DNA from: Kiritimatiellia bacterium
Lineage (GTDB): Bacteria; Verrucomicrobiota; Kiritimatiellia; JAAZAB01
Length of the DNA: 64,000 nt
Reading direction: 5' to 3'
Assembly (NCBI GenBank): GCA_040767085.1
Contig: JAXGPF010000003.1
Span: forward strand, 224,001 to 288,000
Shown piece by piece: positions 30,535-40,119 of this stretch. The translations under genes and the position numbers were made by a program. Within the stretch, counting starts at the first letter, position 1, and each line of letters begins with the position of its first letter. Under the pieces are notes generated by a model. That model searched no databases and had not been told where the DNA came from. It saw nothing but the letters and a program-made list of their open reading frames with translations.

Positions 30535-32509
30535 ACACCGCCACGGCCCAGCCGGTCACCCGCGGGATCGTCACGCACACATAATTGCCTTCCACCGTAA
30601 AGGGCAGCGGCGTCCGGGACGGCGCCAGGTAGACCGTTTTGGGCGGGCGCCCGTCCAGGCGCAGGCGCACTTCGAAGTCGCGCAGCTCCAGCGGCTCCTC
30701 GATCATGTTGATTCCCGCGCCGCGGGCTTCGGGCAGGTAGGCCGTGACGTACACCATGCGCCGGCCCGGCTGCGACGTCACTGTCACCCGGCTGTAGGAT
30801 GGCGCGCCCGGCGCGCGGATCAACGGCTCCGGCAGGAACCGCGCCAACAGGTTGGCGATAATCTGGCGCATGGGCAGCGCGCCGCTGGTGTAATAGGCGT
30901 TGAAGATCGGATGGCTGATATAGGCCACGCGGTCTTTGACGACAATCGCCGGCCGGCCGGCGGGCTTGTCGGGCGGAGTATACCGGAATCCATGGCTGCC
31001 GTCCCATTCGTTGTTGTAATAGGGCGCGATGATTGTGGCCATGGCCTCCGCACCGGGGCGGGCGGCGACGGCCAGGCCGCGCTCGTAAAGCGTCACCGGC
31101 ATCTCCGGCATGCCGGCCGCGAATTCCGGCGCGAATTCGATATAGGCCGGATCATACGGGTCTTCCCCCCGATATTCTACGCCCAACTCTTCCAGCGCGA
31201 ATCCGGTCTGCTCCGGGTTCAGCCCGGATTGATACGACGCGATCAGCGCGCCGCCCTGGCGCAGGTGTTTTTTGAGCCGGGCATGTATTTCCGGGGTAAT
31301 CGCCACATCATCCGGCAGCACCAGGACTTTGTACTTGCCCCAGTCCGCCGCCAGGGTCACGTTATCAAACTGCATTTTCAGTTCGGAAAGCATGCGGGTG
31401 GCGGATTTAATCACCTGGCGGTTGCGGTTTTTAAAATCCTGGCGCGCGCCGCCGATATCTTGGTATCCCGGATAGCCGCACGACATGACATTGGCCATCT
31501 CCACCACCGGCACGGCGCCGTCAATCCACGGTTGCAGCGGCTGTAGTTTTTGGTAGACGGTCCGGTCGAGTTTCATCACCGCCCGGTTCAGATCGCCGCG
31601 TGGATGGAAATGATCGCCGATGCTGGGCGGCAGACCGTTGGCGATACCGAGGATGCAATCGTATTCCACGCTGGCCGGCGTGCGTACGCCGCCGAAATCG
31701 CCCCAGCTCTTCTGAAACCGGCCGGTCATGTTCAGCGCCGGCTTGCCCAGGGTGCGCATGTAACGCCCGATGGTCGGCAGCAATTCGTACCCCCACCCGC
31801 CCTGCGGCAGGCATTCCAACTCGAGGTAATTGCCGAAATCCGCCTGCGCCTCGTAATCAATCCCGTTGAAATACAGCAGCACTTCCGGATTAACCGCGCG
31901 CGCGGCTTCCGACAGCCGCCGGCCCATGGCCAGCATTTTGCGGTAGTTGAAATCGTTGAGCTGTACCGGGTCGTTCCAGTCCACGCCTTCGGCTTTCATC
32001 TGCTCCATGCACTCCCGGCCGATGCAGGCCTGGGTGTGGAAGCAATCGAAAAACAATCCGTCCACCTTGTACCATTCAACGACTTCCTTGACCATGCCGG
32101 TCACATGTTCCGCATACCCGGTGTTGTAGCACATCTGCCGGCAGAACGAATTGTTGAAATTTTCGTCATACATCCGGCCATCGGCCCGGAGAACGGTCCA
32201 ATCGCGCCGGCGGTAAGCTTCCTCATGGCTTAAGCCCACGTTGATGTAGGCCGAGATGGCAATCCCCCGGGCATGGCAGGCCTTGACCAGGTCGCCGAAC
32301 AGATCGCGTTGCAGGGCTGGATGCGGAATCCCCAGCCTGGTGGGGTAATAGGCCGTGCCCAGGTTGCAGCGCGCGGGGAAAACGACAAAATCCGCGCCGC
32401 ACTCCTGGAACCAGCCGGTGATGGCTTCCATGTCGAATTTTTTGCCCACATCCGGGTTGGCCGGCATGGTGTGGAAGTCGAAAAACAGCGCGCGCTTCGG
32501 TTGGTGCAT
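30524..32509 (-). CDS. GHL6-type glycoside hydrolase, tandem paralog
   Basis: FFDFHT, ARCNLG..YYPT, DGLFFD, TGRFQKSWGDFGG. Confidence 0.8.
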   Translation of the reverse strand: MHQPKRALFFDFHTMPANPDVGKKFDMEAITGWFQECGADFVVFPARCNLGTAYYPTRLGIPHPALQRDLFGDLVKACHARGIAISAYINVGLSHEEAYRRRDWTVLRADGRMYDENFNNSFCRQMCYNTGYAEHVTGMVKEVVEWYKVDGLFFDCFHTQACIGRECMEQMKAEGVDWNDPVQLNDFNYRKMLAMGRRLSEAARAVNPEVLLYFNGIDYEAQADFGNYLELECLPQGGWGYELLPTIGRYMRTLGKPALNMTGRFQKSWGDFGGVRTPASVEYDCILGIANGLPPSIGDHFHPRGDLNRAVMKLDRTVYQKLQPLQPWIDGAVPVVEMANVMSCGYPGYQDIGGARQDFKNRNRQVIKSATRMLSELKMQFDNVTLAADWGKYKVLVLPDDVAITPEIHARLKKHLRQGGALIASYQSGLNPEQTGFALEELGVEYRGEDPYDPAYIEFAPEFAAGMPEMPVTLYERGLAVAARPGAEAMATIIAPYYNNEWDGSHGFRYTPPDKPAGRPAIVVKDRVAYISHPIFNAYYTSGALPMRQIIANLLARFLPEPLIRAPGAPSYSRVTVTSQPGRRMVYVTAYLPEARGAGINMIEEPLELRDFEVRLRLDGRPPKTVYLAPSRTPLPFTVEGNYVCVTIPRVTGWAVAVFEE

Positions 32510-32639
32510 AAATTACTCCATGTATCGGCTATTTGCCTCGTCCAGACATCCCCAAGGCGGGCGCAAGCCCGCAGCCAAAATCGAAATCCAGGCAACGATC
32601 CCGATTTCGATCATCACTTGCTAACACGCGGGAAACTAG

Positions 32640-32697
32640 CATGCCTCTGGACGGGAGGCAATGGACGGAATTGACTAAGTTGTGTGTAATATTAGCC
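32640..32697 (-). promoter_or_regulatory. Candidate AraC-activated promoter for the GHL6 pair (copy 1 of a 58-bp motif)
   Basis: Same-spaced blocks CATGCCT, AATTGACT and TTGTGT-TAATATTAGCC recur at 33949-34006. Confidence 0.45.
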
Positions 32698-33011
32698 TGG
32701 AGCCAGAGCAGCTTGCGGCGTCCGGCAAACCCCGGCCGCTCTTCCGGCACGCTCGAGCATGTCTTTGGTAGCCCAGAACGCCTGGGCGCCTTAACACATG
32801 ATGCCGCCGATTCATGACAATTCGGTATTGCGTAAAATGACTTCATCCGCCTGCAATATCATTCCCAATGCCGGCTGATCGGCCGCTCCCAGCCGGCGCG
32901 CCGCATCCGGCGTCAACGCCGTGATCGCTCCGCCATGCACATGCAACTGTCCGCCCAACAAAAGTTATGCTTTAATATTGACCTACAAACGGAAACAGCT
33001 ATTATAGCCTC

Positions 33012-33317
33012 ATGTATAAAGCCAATATAACTCAAGCGAAAAACGCATTCAGCCAGTTGCTGGACCGAGTGAGGCATGGACAGACCATTATCATTATGGA
33101 TCGCCAATGTCCCGTTGCCCGCCTGACGCCCATCGTGAATGGCAACGCATCCCAAGCCTCTGTCGGACGGGTACAACGACTGGAACGCGCCGGGTGGTTA
33201 ATTCCATCCCGTCATGACACATTGCCGAAAAGCATTCTGGCGCATAAACCGCCCTCCACGGAAAACACAGCAAGCGCCGTGCAGGCTTTGCTGGACAACC
33301 GGGCAAATGAACGATGA
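33012..33317 (+). CDS. Phd/YefM antitoxin
   Basis: ANITQAKNAFSQLLDRVRHGQTIIIMDRQCPVARL. Confidence 0.88.
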   Translation: MYKANITQAKNAFSQLLDRVRHGQTIIIMDRQCPVARLTPIVNGNASQASVGRVQRLERAGWLIPSRHDTLPKSILAHKPPSTENTASAVQALLDNRANER

Positions 33318-33745
33318 AATTTTGGGACAGTTCCGCCATATTGCCTTTATTGGTCAACGAAACCACAACTTCAATCATGCTGGGGCTGCTGCGTTCCACC
33401 CAGGCAATGTCGGTGTGGTGGGGCACAACCGTCGAATGCGTTTCCGCGCTGGCGCGTTTGGAACGTGAACATAATCTTTCAACCCGAAATATGCGCCTGG
33501 CTTTGCAAAGGATGGACGAACTGGGAATTTTCTGGCATGAAGTCGCGCCGACGGAAAGGGTGAGGCAAACATCCACCCGCCTCTTGCGGACATACAATTT
33601 GCGCGCGGCGGATGCATTGCAGCTTGCGGCTGCCATTGTTGCCGCCGAGCAAATTCCATCTTCACTCGATTTCATATGCCTGGATCAACGCTTGATCGCG
33701 GCGGCAGACAGAGAGGGATTCCGCATTCTGCCGCGCAATCTTTAA
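33314..33745 (+). CDS. vapC: VapC PIN-domain toxin
   Basis: FWDSSAILPL, VECVSAL, LRAADALQLAAA, CLDQRL. Confidence 0.9.
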   Translation: MKFWDSSAILPLLVNETTTSIMLGLLRSTQAMSVWWGTTVECVSALARLEREHNLSTRNMRLALQRMDELGIFWHEVAPTERVRQTSTRLLRTYNLRAADALQLAAAIVAAEQIPSSLDFICLDQRLIAAADREGFRILPRNL

Positions 33746-34112
33746 CCAACTGCACGGCCTTATCCTTGCCATCCAGCGGCGCGTGTTCGCCATGCAGTTA
33801 TTCGCCACTTCACGGACGGATGGTCCGCACAAAAGGGCAGCAGGCTGCTGCCTTCCACTGAAAAATAATATAATTCTATATCAAGGTATTACGTTGTCAC
33901 AGAATTCTGGCTACCGAACACTGAACACTTTTGAAAGAGACTCTGGTTCATGCCTGTACGTGCCGCCCTATGAACAAAATTGACTGTTTTGTGTTTAATA
34001 TTAGCCCGAATGGAAAAACATCCCGGATTCACTTGCATGCATCCACCGGCCTGCTATCATTTGCGCATGGCGTGTAAACGGCTGAAGGCACGCCGGTGTT
34101 TGCGATCAAGCC

Positions 34113-34964
34113 ATGCCCCGCCATATCAACATCGCTTATACGCCGCAATTGACGCTGCTCTATTGCGGCCGGACCCACCTGCAAAGCTGGTGGGAAGCGG
34201 CTAATGTCAAGGTACCCTACTGGCGCCTGTACTGGAACAACCGCGCCGGTGCATGCCTGCGCGCACCGGACGCTGCCGTCGGTTACAATCTCGGGCCGGT
34301 TCATTTCACGGTAGTAGCGCCCAATACCGCGCTGGCTCGGGAACTGACCCGGCCGGTGGAGCACTTTTTCACCCATTTCACAGTTGGCCCGCCTTACGAA
34401 CATATCCATAATTGCGTCTATCGCTGCCCCGCGCCGCCAGTGCTGGTCCAGGCCATGCGGCGCGATTACACCACCACCCATATTGACACCCCAACGGAAG
34501 ACCGACCGCGGCGCTCCGCCACGGCCATGACCCTGTGCTGGTTCGCCCTGTCCGCGCTGCCGCCCCGCCTGCTGCCGCCGGAGTCAACCGATGCGCGGCT
34601 GAACAAACTTTTGCAATGGTGGGAATGCCGGCAATGGCAGTCGCTGCCCAACCGCGAACTGGCGGCGCAGGTCGCCATGCATCCCACCGCCTTCTGCCGC
34701 TATTTCCACCGTGTGCTGGGGATGCCGCCGCATACCTTCGGCCTGGTCAAACGGATCGAACGCGCCTGCCTGTTGCTGCACTTTTCCGACCTCACCATTG
34801 CCCAAATCGCGGAGGCCGCGGGGTTTTGCGACCGGTACTATTTTTCACGTCAATTCCGCCAAATGCGCGGGCTCAGCCCGGCAACATTCCGGCGCCAGGC
34901 TAACCCCACCGGGATGCTTGAGACACACATAACGCTACCCCGGCGGCCAGAGGAGACAGTATGA
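34113..34964 (+). CDS. AraC-family regulator
   Basis: C-terminal double HTH TIAQIAEAAGFCDRYYFSRQFRQMRGLSPATFR. Confidence 0.9.
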   Translation: MPRHINIAYTPQLTLLYCGRTHLQSWWEAANVKVPYWRLYWNNRAGACLRAPDAAVGYNLGPVHFTVVAPNTALARELTRPVEHFFTHFTVGPPYEHIHNCVYRCPAPPVLVQAMRRDYTTTHIDTPTEDRPRRSATAMTLCWFALSALPPRLLPPESTDARLNKLLQWWECRQWQSLPNRELAAQVAMHPTAFCRYFHRVLGMPPHTFGLVKRIERACLLLHFSDLTIAQIAEAAGFCDRYYFSRQFRQMRGLSPATFRRQANPTGMLETHITLPRRPEETV

Positions 34965-35977
34965 GCCAACAAATCGCCCGTGACGCCATCAACCTGAAAC
35001 CCACCCCGCGCCTGGCCCACACCGAATATTCGCTGGCCCTGCACAAGACCTACGCCGCCAAGTTCATGCCGCAGTCCATCCTGGACGCCTGGGAAATTGA
35101 CTTCCCGTTCACCACTAACGGCGGGCCCATCCGGTGGCAGGATGTCGGCCGCACCACCGATATGGGCCATGCCGGCTACGCCGTGGACAGCAGCGACTTC
35201 CGCCCGGTGGGCGAATGCCCGTTCACCGATGTGGAAGAGATTTACGAATTCGATCCGGCGCGCGACTACGGCCTGCCCGGACACCGCGAACTGGTCAAAT
35301 ATTACGAGCAGGTCCACCAGTCCCACATGGCGGAACACCCCAACCAACTCTGGTCGGGCGGCTATTACCCCACCGTGATCTCCGGCGCCATCCAGGCGTT
35401 CGGCTGGGACATGCTGCTGCTGGCCGCCGCCGACCAGGCGCGTTTCGCCGAAGTCCTGCGCCGGTTCGGCCGTTATACGGAACATTACGTCGCCGCCTGG
35501 GCGGAGACTTCCATCGAGGTTTTCATCCAGCACGACGACATGGTCTGGAGCGACGGCCCTTTCATCCACCCGGACTTTTACCGCGGCGTAATCTTCCCGC
35601 TCTACCGGAACATGTGGGCGCCCCTCAAAAAAGCCGGGAAAAAAATCATGTTCTGCGCCGACGGCACCTACGACATGTTCATGGAGGACATCCTCGATTG
35701 CGGCGCCGACGGCTTGATTTTCGAGCCGTCCAACGATTTTGCCGGCGTGGTTAAGCGCTTCGGGCGCCGCTGCTGCCTGGTCGGCAGCAAGGTGGATTGC
35801 CGCACCCTGGCCACGGGGTCATGGGAACAGGTCCAGCGGGAAATGGACGAAACCCTGGCGCTGTCACGCGATTGCGCGGGGTTGATCTGGGCGGTGGGCA
35901 ACCACCTCGCGCCCAATATCCCCGACGAGATGATGGACCTTTACATCAACTACCTGCGCGCGCATTGGCAGCGCTGA
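34961..35977 (+). CDS. UroD/MtaA-CmuA superfamily protein (putative cobalamin-dependent methyltransferase)
   Basis: QHDDM, FIHPDFYRGVIFP, FCADG, VGNHL; coupled to araC by ATGA. Confidence 0.75.
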   Translation: MSQQIARDAINLKPTPRLAHTEYSLALHKTYAAKFMPQSILDAWEIDFPFTTNGGPIRWQDVGRTTDMGHAGYAVDSSDFRPVGECPFTDVEEIYEFDPARDYGLPGHRELVKYYEQVHQSHMAEHPNQLWSGGYYPTVISGAIQAFGWDMLLLAAADQARFAEVLRRFGRYTEHYVAAWAETSIEVFIQHDDMVWSDGPFIHPDFYRGVIFPLYRNMWAPLKKAGKKIMFCADGTYDMFMEDILDCGADGLIFEPSNDFAGVVKRFGRRCCLVGSKVDCRTLATGSWEQVQREMDETLALSRDCAGLIWAVGNHLAPNIPDEMMDLYINYLRAHWQR

Positions 35978-35983
35978 CGGCGG

Positions 35984-36793
35984 CTATTTCCGCCCGCGCA
36001 GGATTTTCAGCGCCGCATCCACGCCGGCGTTGCCGTGCACCAGCGCGCAGATGGCGCGCGTCATGCGCACCGGCGTGGCATGGCCGAAGGCATTGCGTCC
36101 CACGGCCACCCCGCTGCCGCCGGCATCCAGCGAATCGCGGATGATCTGCAGCAGCATGCGGTCGTCCGTGAGCTTTTCCCCGCCCGCAATCACCACGGGG
36201 ATCGGGCAGCCGGCCACGACTTTCTCGAACGATTTGGCCGACCCGGTATAAGTCACCTTGACGATATCCGCCCCGAGTTCCGCCGCAATGCGGGCGGCAT
36301 GCCGGACGCTGTCCGGGTCGCTCTCGGACTTGATCTTTTTGCCGCGCGCGTACATCATCGCCAGCAGCGGCATGCCCCACTCCATGCACTGCACCGCCAC
36401 CTGGCCCAGGTCGCGCAGCATGACCGACTCGTTCTCCGCGCCGATATTGATATGAACGCTGACGGCGTCGGCGCCGAATTTCAGGGCGTTTTCCACCGTG
36501 TTCACCAGCACCTTGGCATTGGGATCGGGGCTCCAGACCGTGCTGCCGGAAAGATGCAGGATCAAACCCACATCCTTGCCTTCCCGGCGATGGCCGTGCA
36601 GAGGCAGGCCGATATGCCCCAGGACGGCATTGGCGCCGCCTTCGGCGACGGCATTCACCATATCGCGCATATTCTCAATGCCGGGGATAGGACCGACGGT
36701 CACCCCGTGGTCCATCGGCACAATCACCGTGCGCATGGTGCCGCGGTTGATGATCCGCTCCAATCTGATCAATTTTCCAGGCATGAATCCCAT
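35984..36793 (-). CDS. DhnA-type class I aldolase / ADH synthase-like
   Basis: [33 protein letters not shown] Schiff-base lysine, VIAGG, VGRN. Confidence 0.88.
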   Translation of the reverse strand: MGFMPGKLIRLERIINRGTMRTVIVPMDHGVTVGPIPGIENMRDMVNAVAEGGANAVLGHIGLPLHGHRREGKDVGLILHLSGSTVWSPDPNAKVLVNTVENALKFGADAVSVHINIGAENESVMLRDLGQVAVQCMEWGMPLLAMMYARGKKIKSESDPDSVRHAARIAAELGADIVKVTYTGSAKSFEKVVAGCPIPVVIAGGEKLTDDRMLLQIIRDSLDAGGSGVAVGRNAFGHATPVRMTRAICALVHGNAGVDAALKILRGRK

Positions 36794-36869
36794 ATGAATT
36801 TCCTCCCCCGGGGCAGTTAATCCTGACGGCGCCATCGGACGCGGCCGGCGGACTGAGCTGCGCGCGGAT

Positions 36870-37313
36870 TTACTTGTTTTTCAGCAAATCCTGCAAATGC
36901 TGGACGTAGGCCGCGGCCCCGCCGCGCCGGTACCCGGTCTGGGCAATCACTTCGCCATCGGCTTTCAGCAAGAGGATGGTGGGGAAGCCGCGCGCTTTAT
37001 ATTGCCTCATCAAAGCTTCGTTCTGTTTTTTTTCAGCCTCGGGCAGTTGCTTGTTGCGCGGGAAATCCGCCATGAACAGCACCAGGTTATCCTTGGCAAA
37101 GTCCTTGAATTCCTGCTGCGAAAAGACTTCTTCGTCCAGCTTGATGCACCAGCCGCACCAATCCGACCCGGTGAAATCCAGCAAAATAGGCCGCTTGAGT
37201 TCAGCCGCCGTTTGCTTGGCTTTTTCAAAGTCCGTGAGCCAGCCTTCCGCCGCCGAAGTCATCCCCGCCAGCATGATTCCCGCCAGGACTGAGACGATCA
37301 TTTTTTTATGCAT
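36870..37313 (-). CDS. Exported thioredoxin-family protein
   Basis: [14 protein letters not shown], signal peptide. Confidence 0.9.
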   Translation of the reverse strand: MHKKMIVSVLAGIMLAGMTSAAEGWLTDFEKAKQTAAELKRPILLDFTGSDWCGWCIKLDEEVFSQQEFKDFAKDNLVLFMADFPRNKQLPEAEKKQNEALMRQYKARGFPTILLLKADGEVIAQTGYRRGGAAAYVQHLQDLLKNK

Positions 37314-37422
37314 GGTTATTCCCCTTGTTGAAGGTGGCACAATCTACCGCGTCCAGTGCATAGTGACAAACCCCCGCCGGCATGTCAAGCCCGCCTATCC
37401 CGATCTGGGCGCAGTGCAGGGC

Positions 37423-37574
37423 TGTGTCATGCTCGGCGGCTCGCTCCCGCGCCAGGCGGGACAAGCCGGCGGTTTACCCCGCTTTGAGCGGGGTCTCGCC
37501 CTACCCACGACAAATGCTTGTGAAACGGTAGGGCGAGGTCTCCGTACCGAGCCGTCTGTTCCGAGAATGGCGCA
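37423..37574. repeat. 152-bp REPIN/MITE-like palindromic repeat, copy 1
   Basis: CTCGCCCTACC/GGTAGGGCGAG core with nested hairpins; near-identical copy at 47177-47328. Confidence 0.85.
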
Positions 37575-37634
37575 ATCCGGAATGCCGAACACCGTTCGGC
37601 TACTACAGTGCAGAACTGCGGCGCAAGCCGGATT

Positions 37635-40073
37635 TTACTCGCGGAGGCCGGCACGGATCCCCAGCACGGCGCGCAGGCCGGCTTGATGCGCATAGGGTCC
37701 GGCATCGCCGAACGGCGCAAGGCTGAAAATATCGGCGGGATCCTGCGTCGGCGCGGCCAGCAGATAGCTGAAACGATATTCGTCCGCGCCGGCGGCAATG
37801 GCGTCCAGATCTTTAACTGCATCCGCCGCCGCATCTGCCGCCGCCGGGCCGGCGGCGCCATGCCGCAGCTTGTACAATTGCGTCCAGAGACCGCCCAGCT
37901 CAACTTCCCCGCCGCGCGGCCGGGACAACGCATCCATCCCGCCGGCGCCGGCCAGGTCCGGTAAATGTTGTTGGAGCAAATCTTCCCAGGGAGCGGCGCG
38001 CGGCGCCCAGGCCTCGCGGCCGCCGCCGCCATTGCGGATAATCGCAACCACATCGCGGGACCAGTGCCAGGCGACGGCTATACCCCCGCGCGGATCGTCA
38101 AAAAAGCGCGGCCGCTCGGGCTGCTCCGGCATTGGCGCCATTGCCAAAGTCAGGGCCGCCCCGAGAAAATCACCGAGCAGGGCGTCGCCGCAAGCGGTAT
38201 TGCCGGTTTCATAAGCCAGCGCCAGAAGCAGCATGTAACGGCCGGTCCATTCGTACAAACCTTCCGGGTCGCCCTGTTCCAGGCAAACCGTTCGGGCCGC
38301 CAGCCATTCCTGGAATGCTTTCTCCGCCCAGGCGGGCGCGGCCCTTCCGGAAACTTGCAGGCAGGCGGCGGCAAAATCTTCCGGGCGGCCCGCCGCCGCC
38401 TGGCCGACTCCGTAATACAGGATCATTAACCGGCGCAGACGTTCGGCGTCCCGGACCTGGCCCGCGCGCCAGCGCGCGGCGTCCCATGCCTGCCGCACGC
38501 GCCGCTGGCTTTCCGCTAGACGCAGCAGTTCCGCTTCGGAAAACCGGATAACCTCCGTCTCCAAACGGCGCCGGCCGGCTTCCAATCCCGGCTGGACAAA
38601 TGCCACGCGGATTTTGTCCAACTCGCCGGTTTCATCGCCCGGCAACAACTCGCCAGCCGCGCCGGCAAACACGATTTCCTCCGGATCATCGCCCCATGGC
38701 AGCGGGCGGACCGCCTGCCAGGCCAGCGTCAAACGCACGGCCATTCTGGGCGGCGGCTCCGGTTGGCCTTCCGGCGCCGGCGCGGACGGCCTCAGGGTAC
38801 AGGTCAGCGCGATCCGGGGTTGGGCGGCGGCGCCCGGCGGCGCGGCGGACAGCCAGCCGGCCAAACGCGCCGCGGGCGGCACGGCCGCGGCGCCGCCCGG
38901 AGCCAGCATCGCCGCCAGTTCCCGTTCAAGATCGCGCAGCCGCGCCTTCCGGGAATTTTCCTCCGGCAGGGCGGCGGCGTCCAGGGCCGCCTTGCGCCAG
39001 GCGGCGAACTCCGGGCGGTAAGTCCAGATAAAACCGAAGATGGCCGGCAGGACGGCGGCGTCGAAAACGGCTTGCCGGGCCGCATTCGTGGGCGCGACGC
39101 CGCGCGCCCGCAAATCCTGTTCCACCACCGCCAACATCCGGGTGGAGACGATGGCATCCAAAGCCGCCAACATCGGCCCGGCCGGCTCGCGCCGGGTCCA
39201 CAGCGTGGCGCCAATTTCCGCCAGCAATCCCGGGTGGGAGATATTTTGCAAGGCAAACGTCCAGAGTTGATCGCGGGCGGCAGGGGCGTCGGGCAGCAGC
39301 CGCCGCAATTCGAAGGGCGCCGTGGTAATTGCCAATACCGGCCCTCCCAGCGCCAGGGCCGTCTTGTCCGGGGCATGCGCCAGGCCGGCCCGCTGCATGG
39401 CCGCGGCCAAACGGCTGTGCAAGGCATCATCCGTCGGAGCGGCGGCAGTCAGGACGCCGGGCAATTCCGGATCGGCATTAAACACCAGGGCCGCCAGCGC
39501 CGCTTCCGGCATCCAATCGGGCAAGAGGGCCAGATTGCTTAAGCGGGTGTTGCCCAGGGCGGCCAGGGCGGCTGCGCCGCGCGCCAGGGGGGAATCGGCG
39601 CGGCGGAATTCCTCATGCAATCCCGCATACGCGGCGAAATAATTGTTGTAAAAAAACCAGGCCGCGGCGTTGATGCCATCCGCGGCCGATTCCAGTTCCG
39701 CCCCAGCCAGAAACCGGCCGGCATCCAAATCCTGGTATACCCGGGCCGTCCACCGCCGCGCCTGCGGCCGGCCGGCGCCCAAGGCGCCGCGCACCGCCTG
39801 TTCGTCCACGGCGTAAAGGCCGGCAACGCGCGGCACGCCGGTTTCCAACAGCCGGATTAAAGCGGCTTGCAGGGCCGCATCGCGTTCGGGTTCCATGCTG
39901 AAAACCGGCGGACAGGCGGCGCGTTCCGGCAGCCTGGCCGTGCCGGCGGAATATTCCGCCAGGCGGGTCAACTCCGCCTCTGTCCGCGGGGACTGCGCCA
40001 ACCCATGCAGGGCCAACGCCGTCAGCAGGCAACCAGCCCAGATTTTGCCGTAGTATTGGATGCGCCGGTTCAT
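37635..40073 (-). CDS. Hypothetical exported Ala-rich protein
   Basis: Long ORF with host-like codon usage; signal-peptide-like MNRRIQYYGKIWAGCLLTALALHGLAQ; no family recognised. Confidence 0.7.
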   Translation of the reverse strand: MNRRIQYYGKIWAGCLLTALALHGLAQSPRTEAELTRLAEYSAGTARLPERAACPPVFSMEPERDAALQAALIRLLETGVPRVAGLYAVDEQAVRGALGAGRPQARRWTARVYQDLDAGRFLAGAELESAADGINAAAWFFYNNYFAAYAGLHEEFRRADSPLARGAAALAALGNTRLSNLALLPDWMPEAALAALVFNADPELPGVLTAAAPTDDALHSRLAAAMQRAGLAHAPDKTALALGGPVLAITTAPFELRRLLPDAPAARDQLWTFALQNISHPGLLAEIGATLWTRREPAGPMLAALDAIVSTRMLAVVEQDLRARGVAPTNAARQAVFDAAVLPAIFGFIWTYRPEFAAWRKAALDAAALPEENSRKARLRDLERELAAMLAPGGAAAVPPAARLAGWLSAAPPGAAAQPRIALTCTLRPSAPAPEGQPEPPPRMAVRLTLAWQAVRPLPWGDDPEEIVFAGAAGELLPGDETGELDKIRVAFVQPGLEAGRRRLETEVIRFSEAELLRLAESQRRVRQAWDAARWRAGQVRDAERLRRLMILYYGVGQAAAGRPEDFAAACLQVSGRAAPAWAEKAFQEWLAARTVCLEQGDPEGLYEWTGRYMLLLALAYETGNTACGDALLGDFLGAALTLAMAPMPEQPERPRFFDDPRGGIAVAWHWSRDVVAIIRNGGGGREAWAPRAAPWEDLLQQHLPDLAGAGGMDALSRPRGGEVELGGLWTQLYKLRHGAAGPAAADAAADAVKDLDAIAAGADEYRFSYLLAAPTQDPADIFSLAPFGDAGPYAHQAGLRAVLGIRAGLRE

Positions 40074-40119
40074 CGGGAAACAATTATGCGCGCGGCCCGA
40101 TTGGAATGCAATAGCGTTT

